From Mobula hypostoma (lineage: Eukaryota): a stretch of 64,000 nucleotides of DNA. Position 1 is the stretch's first letter. Each line of letters begins with the position of its first letter. The stretch spans positions 18,540,001 to 18,604,000 of the forward strand of contig NC_086097.1 in assembly GCF_963921235.1 (NCBI RefSeq), read 5' to 3'. A program made the translations under genes and the position numbers. The notes below the pieces were generated by a model, which did no database searches, was not told the origin of the DNA, and saw nothing but the letters and a program-made list of their open reading frames with translations. Below are positions 47,926 through 58,365 of the stretch, piece by piece.

Positions 47926-50925
47926 TTGGGGGGTGGGAATCAAATTAAAGAGGCTAGGCGTGAGGAGGTTAGTTCACAACAGAGGGATGGGAACCAGTGC
48001 AGAGAGACAGAGGGGTGTAAAGTGAGCGTAGAAGCAAAAAGTACAAAGGAGAAAAGTAAAAGTGGCAGGCCGACAAATCCAGGGCAAGCATTAAAAAGGG
48101 CTAAGAGAGTTGTAAAAGAGCGCCTGAAGGCTTTATGTGTCAATGCAAGGAGCATTCGTAATAAGGTGGATGAATTGAAAGTGCAGATTGTTATTAATGA
48201 TTATGATATAGTTGGGATCACAGAGACATGGCTCCAGGGCGACCAGGGATGGGAGCTCAACGTTCAGGGATATTCAATATTCAGGAGGGATAGACATGAA
48301 GGAAGGGGAGGTGGGGCGGCGTTGCTGGTTAAAGGAGAGATTAACGCAATAGAAAGGAAGGACATAAGCCGGGAAGATGTGGAATCGATATGGGTAGAGC
48401 TGCGTAACACTAAGGGGCAGAAGACGCTGGTGGGAGTTGTGTACAGGCCACCTAACAGTAGTAGTGAGGTCGGAGATGGTATTAAACAGGAAATTAGAAA
48501 TGTGTGCAATAAAGGAACAGCAGTTATAATGGGTGACTTCAATCTACATGTAGACTGGGTGAACCAAATTGGTAAAGGTGCTGAGGAAGAGGATTTCTTG
48601 GAATGTATGCAGGATGGTTTTTTGAACCAACATGTCGAGGAACCGACTAGAGAGCAGGCTATTCTGGACTGGGTTTTGAGCAATGAGGAAGGGTTAATTA
48701 GCGATCTTGTCGTGAGAGGCCCCTTGGGTAAGAGTGACCATAATATGGTGGAATTCTTCATTAAGATGGAGAGTGACATAGTTAATTCAGAAACAAAGGT
48801 TCTGAACTTAAAGAGGGGTAACTTTGAAGGTATGAGACGTGAATTAGCTAAGATAGACTGGCAAATGACACTTAAAGGATTGACGGTGGATATGCAATGG
48901 CAAGCATTTAAAGGTTGCATGGATGAACTACAACAATTGTTCATCCCAGTTTGGCAAAAGAATAAATCAAGGAAGGTAGTGCACCCGTGGCTGACAAGAG
49001 AAATTAGGGATAGTATCAATTCCAAAGAAGTAGCATACAAATTAGCCAGAGAAAGTGGCTCACCTGAGGACTGGGAGAAATTCAGAGTTCAGCAGAGGAG
49101 GACAAAGGGCTTAATTAGGAAGGGGAAAAAAGATTATGAGAGAAAACTGGCAGAGAACATAAAAACGGACTGTAAAAGCTTTTATAGATATGTAAAAAGG
49201 AAAAGACTGATAAAGACAAACGTAGGTCCCCTGCAGACAGAAACAGGTAAATTGATTATGGGGAGCAAGGACATGGCAGACCAATTGAATAATTACTTTG
49301 GTTCTGTCTTCACTAAGGAGGACATAAATAATCTTCCAGAAATAGTAAGGGACAGAGGGTCCAGTGAGATGGAGGAACTGAGTGAAATACATGTTAGTAG
49401 GGAAGTGGTGTTAGGTAAATTGAAGGGATTGAAGGCAGATAAATCCCCAGGGCCAGATGGTCTGCATCCCAGAGTGCTTAAGGAAGTAGCCCAAGAAATA
49501 GTGGATGCATTAGTGATAATTTTTCAAAACTCGTTAGATTCTGGACTAGTTCCTGAGGATTGGAGGGTGGCTAATGTAACCCCACTTTTTAAAAAAGGAG
49601 GGAGAGAGAAACCGGGGAATTATAGGCCGGTTAGCCTAACGTCGGTGGTGGGGAAACTGCTGGAGTCAGTTATCAAGGATGTGATAACAGCACATTTGGA
49701 AAGCGGTGAAATGATCGGACAAAGTCAGCATGGATTTGTGAAAGGAAAATCATGTCTGACGAATCTCATAGAATTTTTTGAGGATGTAACTAGTAGAGTG
49801 GATAGGGGAGAACCAGTGGATGTGGTATATTTGGATTTTCAAAAGGCTTTTGACAAGGTCCCACACAGGAGATTAGTGTGCAAACTTAAAGCACATGGTA
49901 TTGGGGGTAAGGTATTGGTGTGGGTGGAGAATTGGTTAGCAGACAGGAAGCAAAGAGTGGGAATAAACGGGACCTTTTCAGAATGGCAGGCGGTGACTAG
50001 TGGGGTACCGCAAGGCTCAGTGCTGGGACCCCAGTTGTTTACAATATATATTAATGACTTGGATGAGGGAATTAAATGCAGCATCTCCAAGTTTGCGGAT
50101 GACACGAAGCTGGGTGGCAGTGTTAGCAGTGAGGAGGATGCTAAGAGGATGCAGAGTGACTTGGATAGGTTGGGTGAGTGGGCAAACTCATGGCAGATGC
50201 AATTTAATGTGGATAAATGTGAAGTTATCCACTTTGGTGGCAAAAATAGGAAAACAGGTTATTATCTGAATGGTGGCCGATTAGGAAAAGGGGAGGTGCA
50301 ACGAGACCTGGGTGTCATTATACACCAGTCATTGAAAGTGGGCATGCAGGTACAGCAGGCGGTGAAAAAGGCGAATGGTATGCTGGCATTTATAGCGAGA
50401 GAATTTGAGTACAGGAGCAGGGAGGTACTACTGCAGTTGTGCAAGGCCTTGGTGAGACCACACCTGGAGTATTGTGTGCAGTTTTGGTCCCCTAATCTGA
50501 GGAAAGACATCTTTGCCATAGAGGGAGTACAAAGAAGGTTCACCAGATTGATTCCTGGGATGGCAGGTCTTTCATATGAAGAAAGACTGGATGAACTGGG
50601 CTTGTACTCGTTGGAATTTAGAAGATTGAGGGGGGATCTGATTGAAACGTATAAGATCCTAAAGGGATTGGACAGGCTAGATGCGGGAAGATTGTTCCCG
50701 ATGTTGGGGAGGTCCAGAACGAGGGGTCACAGTTTGAGGATAGAGGGGAAGCCTTTTAGGACCGAGATTAGGAAAAACTTCTTCACACAGAGAGTGGTGA
50801 ATCTGTGGAATTCTCTGCCACAGCAAACTGTTGAGGCCAGTTCATTGGCTATGTTTAAGAGGGAGTTAGATATGGCCCTTGTGGCTACAGGGGTCAGGGG
50901 GTATGGAGGGAAGGCTGGGTTCTGA
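47926..50925 (+). CDS. CR1 ORF2: APE endonuclease plus reverse transcriptase
   Basis: 999 codons without a stop: NARS, ITETW, YRPP, GDFN, SDHN; PGPDG, NYRPVSL, LDFQKAFD, PQGSVLGP, FADD. The track start is TTG; the first in-frame ATG is at 48529. Confidence 0.97.
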   Translation: MGGGNQIKEARREEVSSQQRDGNQCRETEGCKVSVEAKSTKEKSKSGRPTNPGQALKRAKRVVKERLKALCVNARSIRNKVDELKVQIVINDYDIVGITETWLQGDQGWELNVQGYSIFRRDRHEGRGGGAALLVKGEINAIERKDISREDVESIWVELRNTKGQKTLVGVVYRPPNSSSEVGDGIKQEIRNVCNKGTAVIMGDFNLHVDWVNQIGKGAEEEDFLECMQDGFLNQHVEEPTREQAILDWVLSNEEGLISDLVVRGPLGKSDHNMVEFFIKMESDIVNSETKVLNLKRGNFEGMRRELAKIDWQMTLKGLTVDMQWQAFKGCMDELQQLFIPVWQKNKSRKVVHPWLTREIRDSINSKEVAYKLARESGSPEDWEKFRVQQRRTKGLIRKGKKDYERKLAENIKTDCKSFYRYVKRKRLIKTNVGPLQTETGKLIMGSKDMADQLNNYFGSVFTKEDINNLPEIVRDRGSSEMEELSEIHVSREVVLGKLKGLKADKSPGPDGLHPRVLKEVAQEIVDALVIIFQNSLDSGLVPEDWRVANVTPLFKKGGREKPGNYRPVSLTSVVGKLLESVIKDVITAHLESGEMIGQSQHGFVKGKSCLTNLIEFFEDVTSRVDRGEPVDVVYLDFQKAFDKVPHRRLVCKLKAHGIGGKVLVWVENWLADRKQRVGINGTFSEWQAVTSGVPQGSVLGPQLFTIYINDLDEGIKCSISKFADDTKLGGSVSSEEDAKRMQSDLDRLGEWANSWQMQFNVDKCEVIHFGGKNRKTGYYLNGGRLGKGEVQRDLGVIIHQSLKVGMQVQQAVKKANGMLAFIAREFEYRSREVLLQLCKALVRPHLEYCVQFWSPNLRKDIFAIEGVQRRFTRLIPGMAGLSYEERLDELGLYSLEFRRLRGDLIETYKILKGLDRLDAGRLFPMLGRSRTRGHSLRIEGKPFRTEIRKNFFTQRVVNLWNSLPQQTVEASSLAMFKRELDMALVATGVRGYGGKAGF

Positions 50926-51859
50926 GTTGGATGATCAGCCATGATCATAATAAATGGCGGTGCAGGCTCGAAGGGCCGAATGGCCTACTCCTGCACCTAT
51001 TTTCTATGTTTCTATGTTTCTATGTTGCTTTCTGTTTTAACTGCACCATGCCTCTATTGCCCTGTAACTCATCCCACTGGCTGTGAATATGCCTTATCTC
51101 CTGCCTGTCCTTTCTGTCATCTCTGTTGCATGCTATCTTTGATTTATTTCTGTTTTTCCCTTCCTCAGCCCTATCACTCCAGTTCCCACCCCCCTGCCAA
51201 ATTAGTTTAAACCCTCCCTAACAGCTCTATTAAACCTGCCCCTTTGAGCTCAGTGTAACCCGTCCTTTTTGTACAGGTCATACCTCCCCCAGAAGAAACC
51301 TCAATGATCCAGGAACCTGAAGGCCTGCCCCCTGCACCAGCCTCTCAGCCATGCATTAATATGCCTGATCATGCTATTCTTGCGCTTGTTAGCACGTGGC
51401 ACAGGCAGTAATCCTGAGATTGCTACCGTGGAGGTCCTGCTTTTCAGCTTCCTAGCCAACTCCCTGAATTCTGTCTTCAGGACCTCCTCCCTTTTTCTAC
51501 CTATGTCATTGATACCAAAGTGTACCAAGACTGTTCATCCTCTCCCTTCAGAATACTCTGCACCCAATCTGAGACATCCCATACCCTGGCAACACCCCAT
51601 GCAGGTATCTCTGTCAGGCTGACAGAACCTCTAGTCCGTTCCCCTAGGTTAACTCCAACTGGATTGGCACTCAATCAAAGCTCTCAGTGTGACTCCAACA
51701 GGCGACGGCAGCCCAAATGGTAGCACTAACCAGAGACTGGCACAGCTGCTTAATGCTAATGACAACCGCATGAGAAGAGAATAGATAAACAGATCAAAGA
51801 CCTGGCCATAAGCAGTTCAGGATGCTAAAAAAAACTCAAAAGTTCACCCCTACTGGTTC

Positions 51860-52560
51860 TGTTACACCCATGGGAGTGAGCATGGCAAAGAGTACATATT
51901 GACTTTGTCGGGCCATTCATGGACTCAATGTTCCTGGTTGCTGTGGATGCTCATTTGAAGTGGCTGGAGGTTATAACATGAAGTCAACCACCTCAGCAAA
52001 GACTGTCTCCACCCTGAGGACTATCTTCACCAGAAATGGCTTACCAGAGCAAACTGTGAGTGACAACAGACCACAGAACTTGTCAGAAGAATTCCCACTG
52101 TTCATGAAGGAAAATAGCATCAGACATTTCAAGAGTACTCCCTCATGACCCAGCAATGAATGGGTTCGCTGAAAGGTTTATCCAAACCTTCAGGAAGTCC
52201 ATTAAATCGATGGACAAAGAGTATATTTCTCTACAGAACAAGGTGAACAGCTTCCCTTTTGTGTATTGGAACTCTGTTCACGTGACGACAAATCAAACAC
52301 CTGCAATGCTGTTCATGAACAGAAATCTGAGATCTCACATAGATCTCTTGAAAGCAGATCTGTGGGGGGAAGATCAGAATAAACAGTTCAGCAAGCAGCT
52401 TCCAGCTTGGACAGCAAGTCCTAGCACGTGATTACCAAGAAGACGAGTGGGCACCTGGTGGGATAGCTACAAGAACTAGACCACCGATGTACACAGTCGA
52501 TGTTGGAGATCAGTCATGGAGACGTCATGTGGACCAGATACTGGATACTCAAACAAAGAA
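51860..52560 (+). pseudogene. Gypsy (Mag-like) integrase core
   Basis: WQRVHIDFVGPFMDSMFLVAVDAH; MKSTTSAKTVSTLRTIFTRNGLPEQTVSDN; NGFAERFIQTFRKS. Confidence 0.88.
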
Positions 52561-54464
52561 CACACCTGAGTCAACTGCATCCAACAAGACGGGCACATTA
52601 CAGCCACCGGACTTACCTCTCAGTGATGCTATCTGACAGCAATGTGACACTGGCAACCGAGAACATTGTCTTAGACAAGACACCTAACAAACCTGATACC
52701 ACTCCACAGGTCCAGAGGCGTGATGAGAATGTTATCATTGACTAGGTACCTGCCAAACCTGAATCCACTGCACAGGTCCAGAAGTGCTATCCTGAAAGAA
52801 AAAGAGCACCACCCAAAAGACTGAATCTTTAGGACTGTGAAGTTAGTTATGGACTGTTATTATGAAGGCATGTTTATTTAGAATATTGGTTTATGGAAGG
52901 GAAATTGAATGCTTTGTACATATACAGTTTTATGTTGCATTAATCCAACCAAGGGAAGGAAGTGTCATGTATGGATCTATTTCTTTTAGAGCAATGACCT
53001 CCCCCCCCACACTTTAGCACTACATATTGATCTGTTGTCTCTGCATGCACTGTTGTTTACACATGCACATTGTTTTCCCCCCTCTCCCCCGCCATGATGT
53101 GAATACACCAGTTAAAGCCATCTCCCCCGTGCATACTTCTATGCAATTGATACATAGTTGTGCACGGAGACAACAGTGAAGTTGTGGACTGGAATTTACT
53201 TTTAACAGAGTGCTTTCCAATTGTCTCCTTTTTTCTCAGTTATCTGTGGAGTTTAATGCGACCTAATCTTCCCAGTTTATATTAATCTCAGACTATCAAT
53301 ACAACTTGGAATTTAATAGTCAGTGATCCAGTCTTACTTAAAAGTTATACAGCTTTCCCAAAGTCCTTCTGGCTTTGTGAGTTAACTGTGTCAATATTTA
53401 GTTGTCTGTATTGCCATTCAAGAGTGTTAAGTTAGTGAACAATTGTTAGTGTGCAACTTAGTTTATGAGTTGGAGAACAAGGATTGATTTATTTGCTCAG
53501 GATCCCATGGATATTCCCAATGGAAGCTGACTCAGGCAGACCTGCATTCAATCTGATGCTTCACTGAACCAAACATTGGCATCATTCAGTCATATGTGTA
53601 ATTGGGAACGTAAACCCCACATGGTTCCTTACTTACAAGTTAACGAGAAGGGGTTCAGAAATTCTTTGCCAGGCTATCAACCCAATCCATCTTAATCGGC
53701 TGCCATTATTAAGCCCTGTGTAGTGAATTGTCACAGTAAGTTTCTTCTCTCATTTCTTTTCATTGAAGCCTAGGAACTCCCATAGCAAGTGGACCAAACC
53801 TGTATTTAAACTGCATCAATCAATAGCTGTGATAAATGGAAGAGTAAATTCTATTTGATACGGGGTTCATGGCTCACAGAGTGTTTTGATAAGTCCGTCC
53901 TGGAAAGGACTACTCCATGTTCAGATCAGCAAATTTGGACTGAATGGGGTTGGAACCTAGTTATTATCCCGTGCCAAAGAAAAATAAGCTAACATGCCTC
54001 AGTGACTATCACGATGGTGGAAGTCACTGGCTCTGTTCATGGAAAAGCATTCTATCCAGATGCATTGTGGCTTGGGTTGGCAACAACCCAAAATTCAAAG
54101 ATTTGAAGGACATTTATTCTCAAAATATATATGCAGTATACAATTTGTCTTCCCTACTGACAGTCACAAAACAAAGAGGAGCCGTGGATGCAATACACAA
54201 AAAAAAATCAAAACTCCCCCCCCCGCATGTGCAAATGGCAACAAAAAAAGAGCGAAACTGCAGAAAATTAAAACACGCAAAATCAAAAGGCCTGTTTCAG
54301 TAGAGTTCAGCTCAGTGTTCATTATTTTCAAGCTGCCCTGGTTCTAACTAAAAAAACATGTCATTTGCCAATTTCTCCTGCAATTCCCACTGAAGTGTAT
54401 GGAGACACTAATTTCTCCGGGTCTGTGATCAATGGAAAGCAAGGGATCCTCGGTGAGGCACAGT

Positions 54465-54830
54465 CACAGAACACTACAGGAAAGAAACTGTCCCTTTGGT
54501 CACCTTGTTCATGCTGAACTGAGTCCGATCACATTGCCCTATATTCCTTTAAATGTTGCAATCAAATCTGCAGCCACCACTTCTGCTGGCAACATGTTCC
54601 ACACTCTCATCACTCTCTAGTGAAGAAGTCCCCCTTAAATATTTTATCTTCCATCCTTGGCCTGTGACTTGTAGCTCTGGTCTCACCCAACCTCTGGAAA
54701 ATCCTGCTTGCATTAATGCTATCAATACCTCTCATATTTTTACACCTCTGTCCCATCTTCCCTCATTCTCCCACACTCCAAGTAATAAAGTCCTAACCTA
54801 GTCAACCTTTCTCTATAATTCAGGCTCTGA
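54465..54830 (-). mobile_element. Old CR1-like 3' fragment
   Basis: gttccacactctcatcactctctagtgaagaagt is the reverse complement of an FF...RV..VWN motif. Confidence 0.65.
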
Positions 54831-54994
54831 TTTTGCTGCTGGACTGCGTCCAGCCAAGGCACAGGAGTTTCAGATGCGCAGAACCTATCACTGAGAACAT
54901 TCTTGTCCTACAGCAGATCGATTTGCTTCTACAAGAACGATGAACGATAGCTATTCCCTTCTGAATCTCAGCTCGATTTCACCCATTAGAGGGT

Positions 54995-55366
54995 TCGTTC
55001 ATTCATTCACTATGACATGGGTGATCATGGTCTTTCCATAATCATGGTAAATTTTCCTATAGAAGTGGCTTGCCATTGCTTTCTTTTGGGTAGTGTCTTT
55101 ACAAGATAGGTGACCCCCAGCTGTCGTCAATACTCTTCAGAGATTGTCTGGAATCAGTGGTTGCGTAATTGGGACTTGTGATAAGCACCAGCTGCTCATA
55201 TGACCATCCACCACCTGCTCTCATGGCTTCACGTGACCCCGATCGGGGGTGTGAGGGGTGGGGTAGGGTGGTGCTACCTCTGGCCCAAGAGTGACCTGTA
55301 GGCTAGCAGAGGGAAGGACTGTCTTACACCTCCTTTGGTAGAGACATACCTCCACCCTGCAACCCA
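54995..55366 (-). mobile_element. Non-autonomous SINE-like repeat with an RTE-related segment (copy 2)
   Basis: Reverse-complement homolog of 22404-22785; minus strand contains gcaatggcaagccacttct. Confidence 0.65.
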
Positions 55367-56759
55367 TATTAGAAGGTATCAGGTGCTCAATTTGGAAGGC
55401 CTTAACCTGAATAGCAATCTGATGCCGGCATATCAGACCAAAGATCTGAAATAAAAAAAGAAAATATTGGAAATACTCAGCAAGTATTGATATTGGTTTA
55501 TTATTATTACTGAAAAACTTTTGTTTTGCCTGTCACCAAACAGTCATGTCATATATAAGCACATCGAGGTAGTAAAAGAGAACAGAATGCAGTGTTGCAG
55601 CTGTAGAGGAAGGCAAGTAGACAAATAAATTGAAATGGCAGCAGTGAGGTAGATTATGTTATGAAGAATTCATCTTTAATGTATAAGGTATTTGCTCAAG
55701 GTCAGAAAGTATCTGTGGAAGGAAGAAGCCAAGGCCATGCTTCAGGTTGATAGCATGTAATCTCCACCACCTGAATTATAGTTTGCAATTGAGATCCACA
55801 CAATTGTCCATGGAATTTCACTGTAGAGATAGACAAAATTTAAATCTTGCCATGGTCATAGTTAGGTGTTAAAAATATCCTGATGATTAAGCAACAAGAA
55901 ATTATTATGCATAGATCCCCAAAACCAGTCAAAATTCTGCTCAAGCCATTGACAAGCTGCAAAAGCAGCATGAACCTGGCTCTAAAATTCAGTTACAGCA
56001 ACAGAGCTGAAAAGCTGAAGGTTTGCTGGACTACAGTCAGAGAACAACACAGCTTCCTGAAAAAATTGAGGAATATATTCCTTCTGCACAGTTCCAGTTG
56101 ATGACTCTGTCCACCTTCACTCTCCTCAGTGATTAGCACTGCCTTCATCTGTACAGACCTGATTAATCAATTACAGTCTTGGAGCTGTGTGCAAACACAA
56201 ATAGGGAGATAAGAGACAGAGGGAGAGTATAAATAGGACACTAATTCTCCCAGCTCTGGTAAATGATGAGTGACTTGTGTAGATTAAGTTCTTTCTCTCT
56301 CAGGATCAATGCAATGAGCAACTTGTAAACAAGCTTCAAAGTATAATGTGAAATTCAGAATCCTCCAAGCTGCTGCAGTCAGGGTTGTCAAAGGGGAAAT
56401 GTCTTCATAGTTCATTCCAAGGAAAGACATTTTCCAAGTAGTGCAGTTCCCATCTCAATGTAGCTTTAGCTCAAATGTACCTCCTGCTGGAATTGTGTTG
56501 TCATAAGAGTCTACAGAACATAGAACAATGCAGCACAGTACAGGTCCTTCAATCCATAATGTTGTGCTGACCTATTAACCTACTCTAAGATCAATCTAAC
56601 CCTTCCCTCCTACATAGCCTCTATTTTTCTACCATCAATGTGCCTTTCTAAATGTTCTTAAACAACAAATCCACCCAAGAAAATTTTCATCCACTGGTTA
56701 TGGAGTCATGGAAAGATACAGCATGAAATCAGGCCTTTTGGCACACCAAGTCCACACAG

Positions 56760-57178
56760 TAAACTCAAGAGATTCTGCAGATGATGGAAGAGTAACAAAG
56801 ACAAAATGCTAGTGGAACTCAGCAGATCAGGCAGCATCTCTGGAGAGAAATGAAGAGATTTATGTTTCAGGCTGAGACCCTACATCAGGACTTCGCACTT
56901 GTCTGCATTAAATTCCATCTACCATTTTTTAGCCTATTTTTCCATCTGGCCCAGATCCCGCTGCAAGCCATGATAGCTTTTCTCACTGTTCACTGCACAC
57001 TCCATTCGCAAATTTGCTGATCCAGTTAACCATATTATGATCCAGATCACTGATGGATCTCAGCCCGAAACATCGAATGTTCATTCATTTCCATCGATGC
57101 TGCCCGGCCTGCCGAGTTCCTTCAACATTTTGTGTGTGTTGCTCTGGATTTCCAGCCTCTGCAGTATTTCTTGTGCTT
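56760..57178. mobile_element. Head-to-head Penelope-like pLTR pair enclosing a short CR1-like piece
   Basis: Minus copy ~56760-56892 with agtc-ctgatgt-agggtctcagcct-gaaa; plus copy ~57050-57178 with tctcagcccgaaacatcga. Confidence 0.65.
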
Positions 57179-57619
57179 ATGGTGGCACATATGTACCTTG
57201 ATAATAATTTCCATTGAAATTTGAACTCTGAAACTGCGGTTTAGAATATCTGGCCATACTATATAAATAACTGAGAAGATCTGAGGAGACATTTAACTGC
57301 TTCTACTGATGGGAAAATGAAGATCAAAAGATCTTAAGTGCATCATCTTAAAATCTGTGATGAAATCAGAGAACACTGAAAGTACTCTATCAATGCTACT
57401 CAACTATTTCAAATAATGAGCATTTCTGCATTCTTTCCAAGTTGACAACAACATTATTCAGTGCACACAGAAATCATTGACAGCTCATTGGCTAACTTGC
57501 ACTTTCTCTGAGATAAACCATTTAATTTGTCTTTATCATCCAATCTCTGGAGGGATTTGAACAGTAGGATCACAACAAACTCCCTTAAAGTTTCTTTTAG
57601 GATATTATACTTTGGTAAA

Positions 57620-57917
57620 TGTGGTAAACCATATATATGTTGTAACTGGGTTAACTTTGTGGACACGCCCCTCTGCTGACTGCCCCTGTGGCTCCTCCCA
57701 CAGATCCCTGAATAAGGGTGATTTCGCCGTGCCCCTCCTCCTCAGTCCAGGGGCAGACACTCAGCATGGAAGTCGTATTGTACAGCGAATAAAAGCCTTT
57801 CAGTATTTACCCTAGCAACACACATCAAAGTTGCTTGAATTTCCAGCATCTGCAGAATTCCTCGTGTTTACAGTATTTACCCTACTTCAGTCTTTTGGAG
57901 TTATTGAAGGTGCTTCA
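57620..57917 (+). mobile_element. Probable solo LTR containing a 56-bp PLE micro-insertion
   Basis: TG...CA ends, flanks gtaaa and gtaat, AATAAA at 57788. The insert at 57815-57870 is flanked by cagtatttacccta on both sides. Confidence 0.55.
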
Positions 57918-58089
57918 GTAATACAGATAATCGTTCTGTATTTACACCTTCTCTAAGTTTTTTTAAAAATCAGTCTTACACTATTAAATGATAATGTGAT
58001 AGATTAAATGACCCTTGTCATTTAACCTTTCACCTTCCAAACAGCGGTAGACATTTTGTTTACTCCGCACCACCCCGCCCGTGTACTTC

Positions 58090-58365
58090 TTTCTTTATTT
58101 AGAGCTATAGTATGCCACAGGCCCTTCCGGCTCAACATGCCGCAGCACCCAGCAATTCTCCTATGTAAACCTAGTCCAACTACAGGACATTTTATAACTA
58201 CCAATTAACCTATCAACCGATACGTCTTTAGACTGCGTGAGGAAACTAGAGCACCCAGAGAAAACACACACACTCATGGGAAGGACGTACAAAGTCCTTA
58301 CAGATGGCGTCAGAATTTAACCCCATACACTGGCATCCCATATTGTAATAACACCGCGCTATTGT
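58090..58365 (-). mobile_element. tRNA-derived SINE (V-SINE-like)
   Basis: caattaacc..tacgtctttagactgcgtgaggaaactagagcaccc..gtacaaagtccttacaga. Confidence 0.7.

Larger units (their letters stand above)
47391..51025 (+). mobile_element. Young CR1 LINE, 5'-truncated within ORF1, with intact ORF2
   Basis: Open ORF1 remnant and ORF2, CR1 3' UTR and (ctatgttt)n tail; inserted antisense into the older CR1. Confidence 0.97.
44577..51650 (-). mobile_element. Older CR1 (ORF1 esterase to 3' tail; parts 44577-47390 and 51026-51650)
   Basis: (accataag)n reverse-complement tail; RPHLKYCVQIW, LDFQKAFD, EPTRGSAVLD, YLNARSISNK; ORF1 HFGINDIGRK..INAWLRGWC at 51301-51528. Host aact is duplicated at 44573-44576 and 51651-51654. 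Confidence 0.9.
42955..53175 (+). mobile_element. Mag-like Gypsy LTR retrotransposon, RT/RNase H missing, hosting nested LINEs
   Basis: LTRs at 42955-43145 and 52963-53175; flanks gtgag and gtgaa; PBS tggtgacgag (tRNA-Ser-like) at 43149; PPT aagggaaggaag at 52951-52962; gag, protease and integrase remnants. Confidence 0.85.

Noticed and set aside
48264..49040. 258-aa minus-strand ORF and similar antisense ORFs over CR1 and Gypsy
   Set aside because: These are antisense shadows of TE coding sequence.
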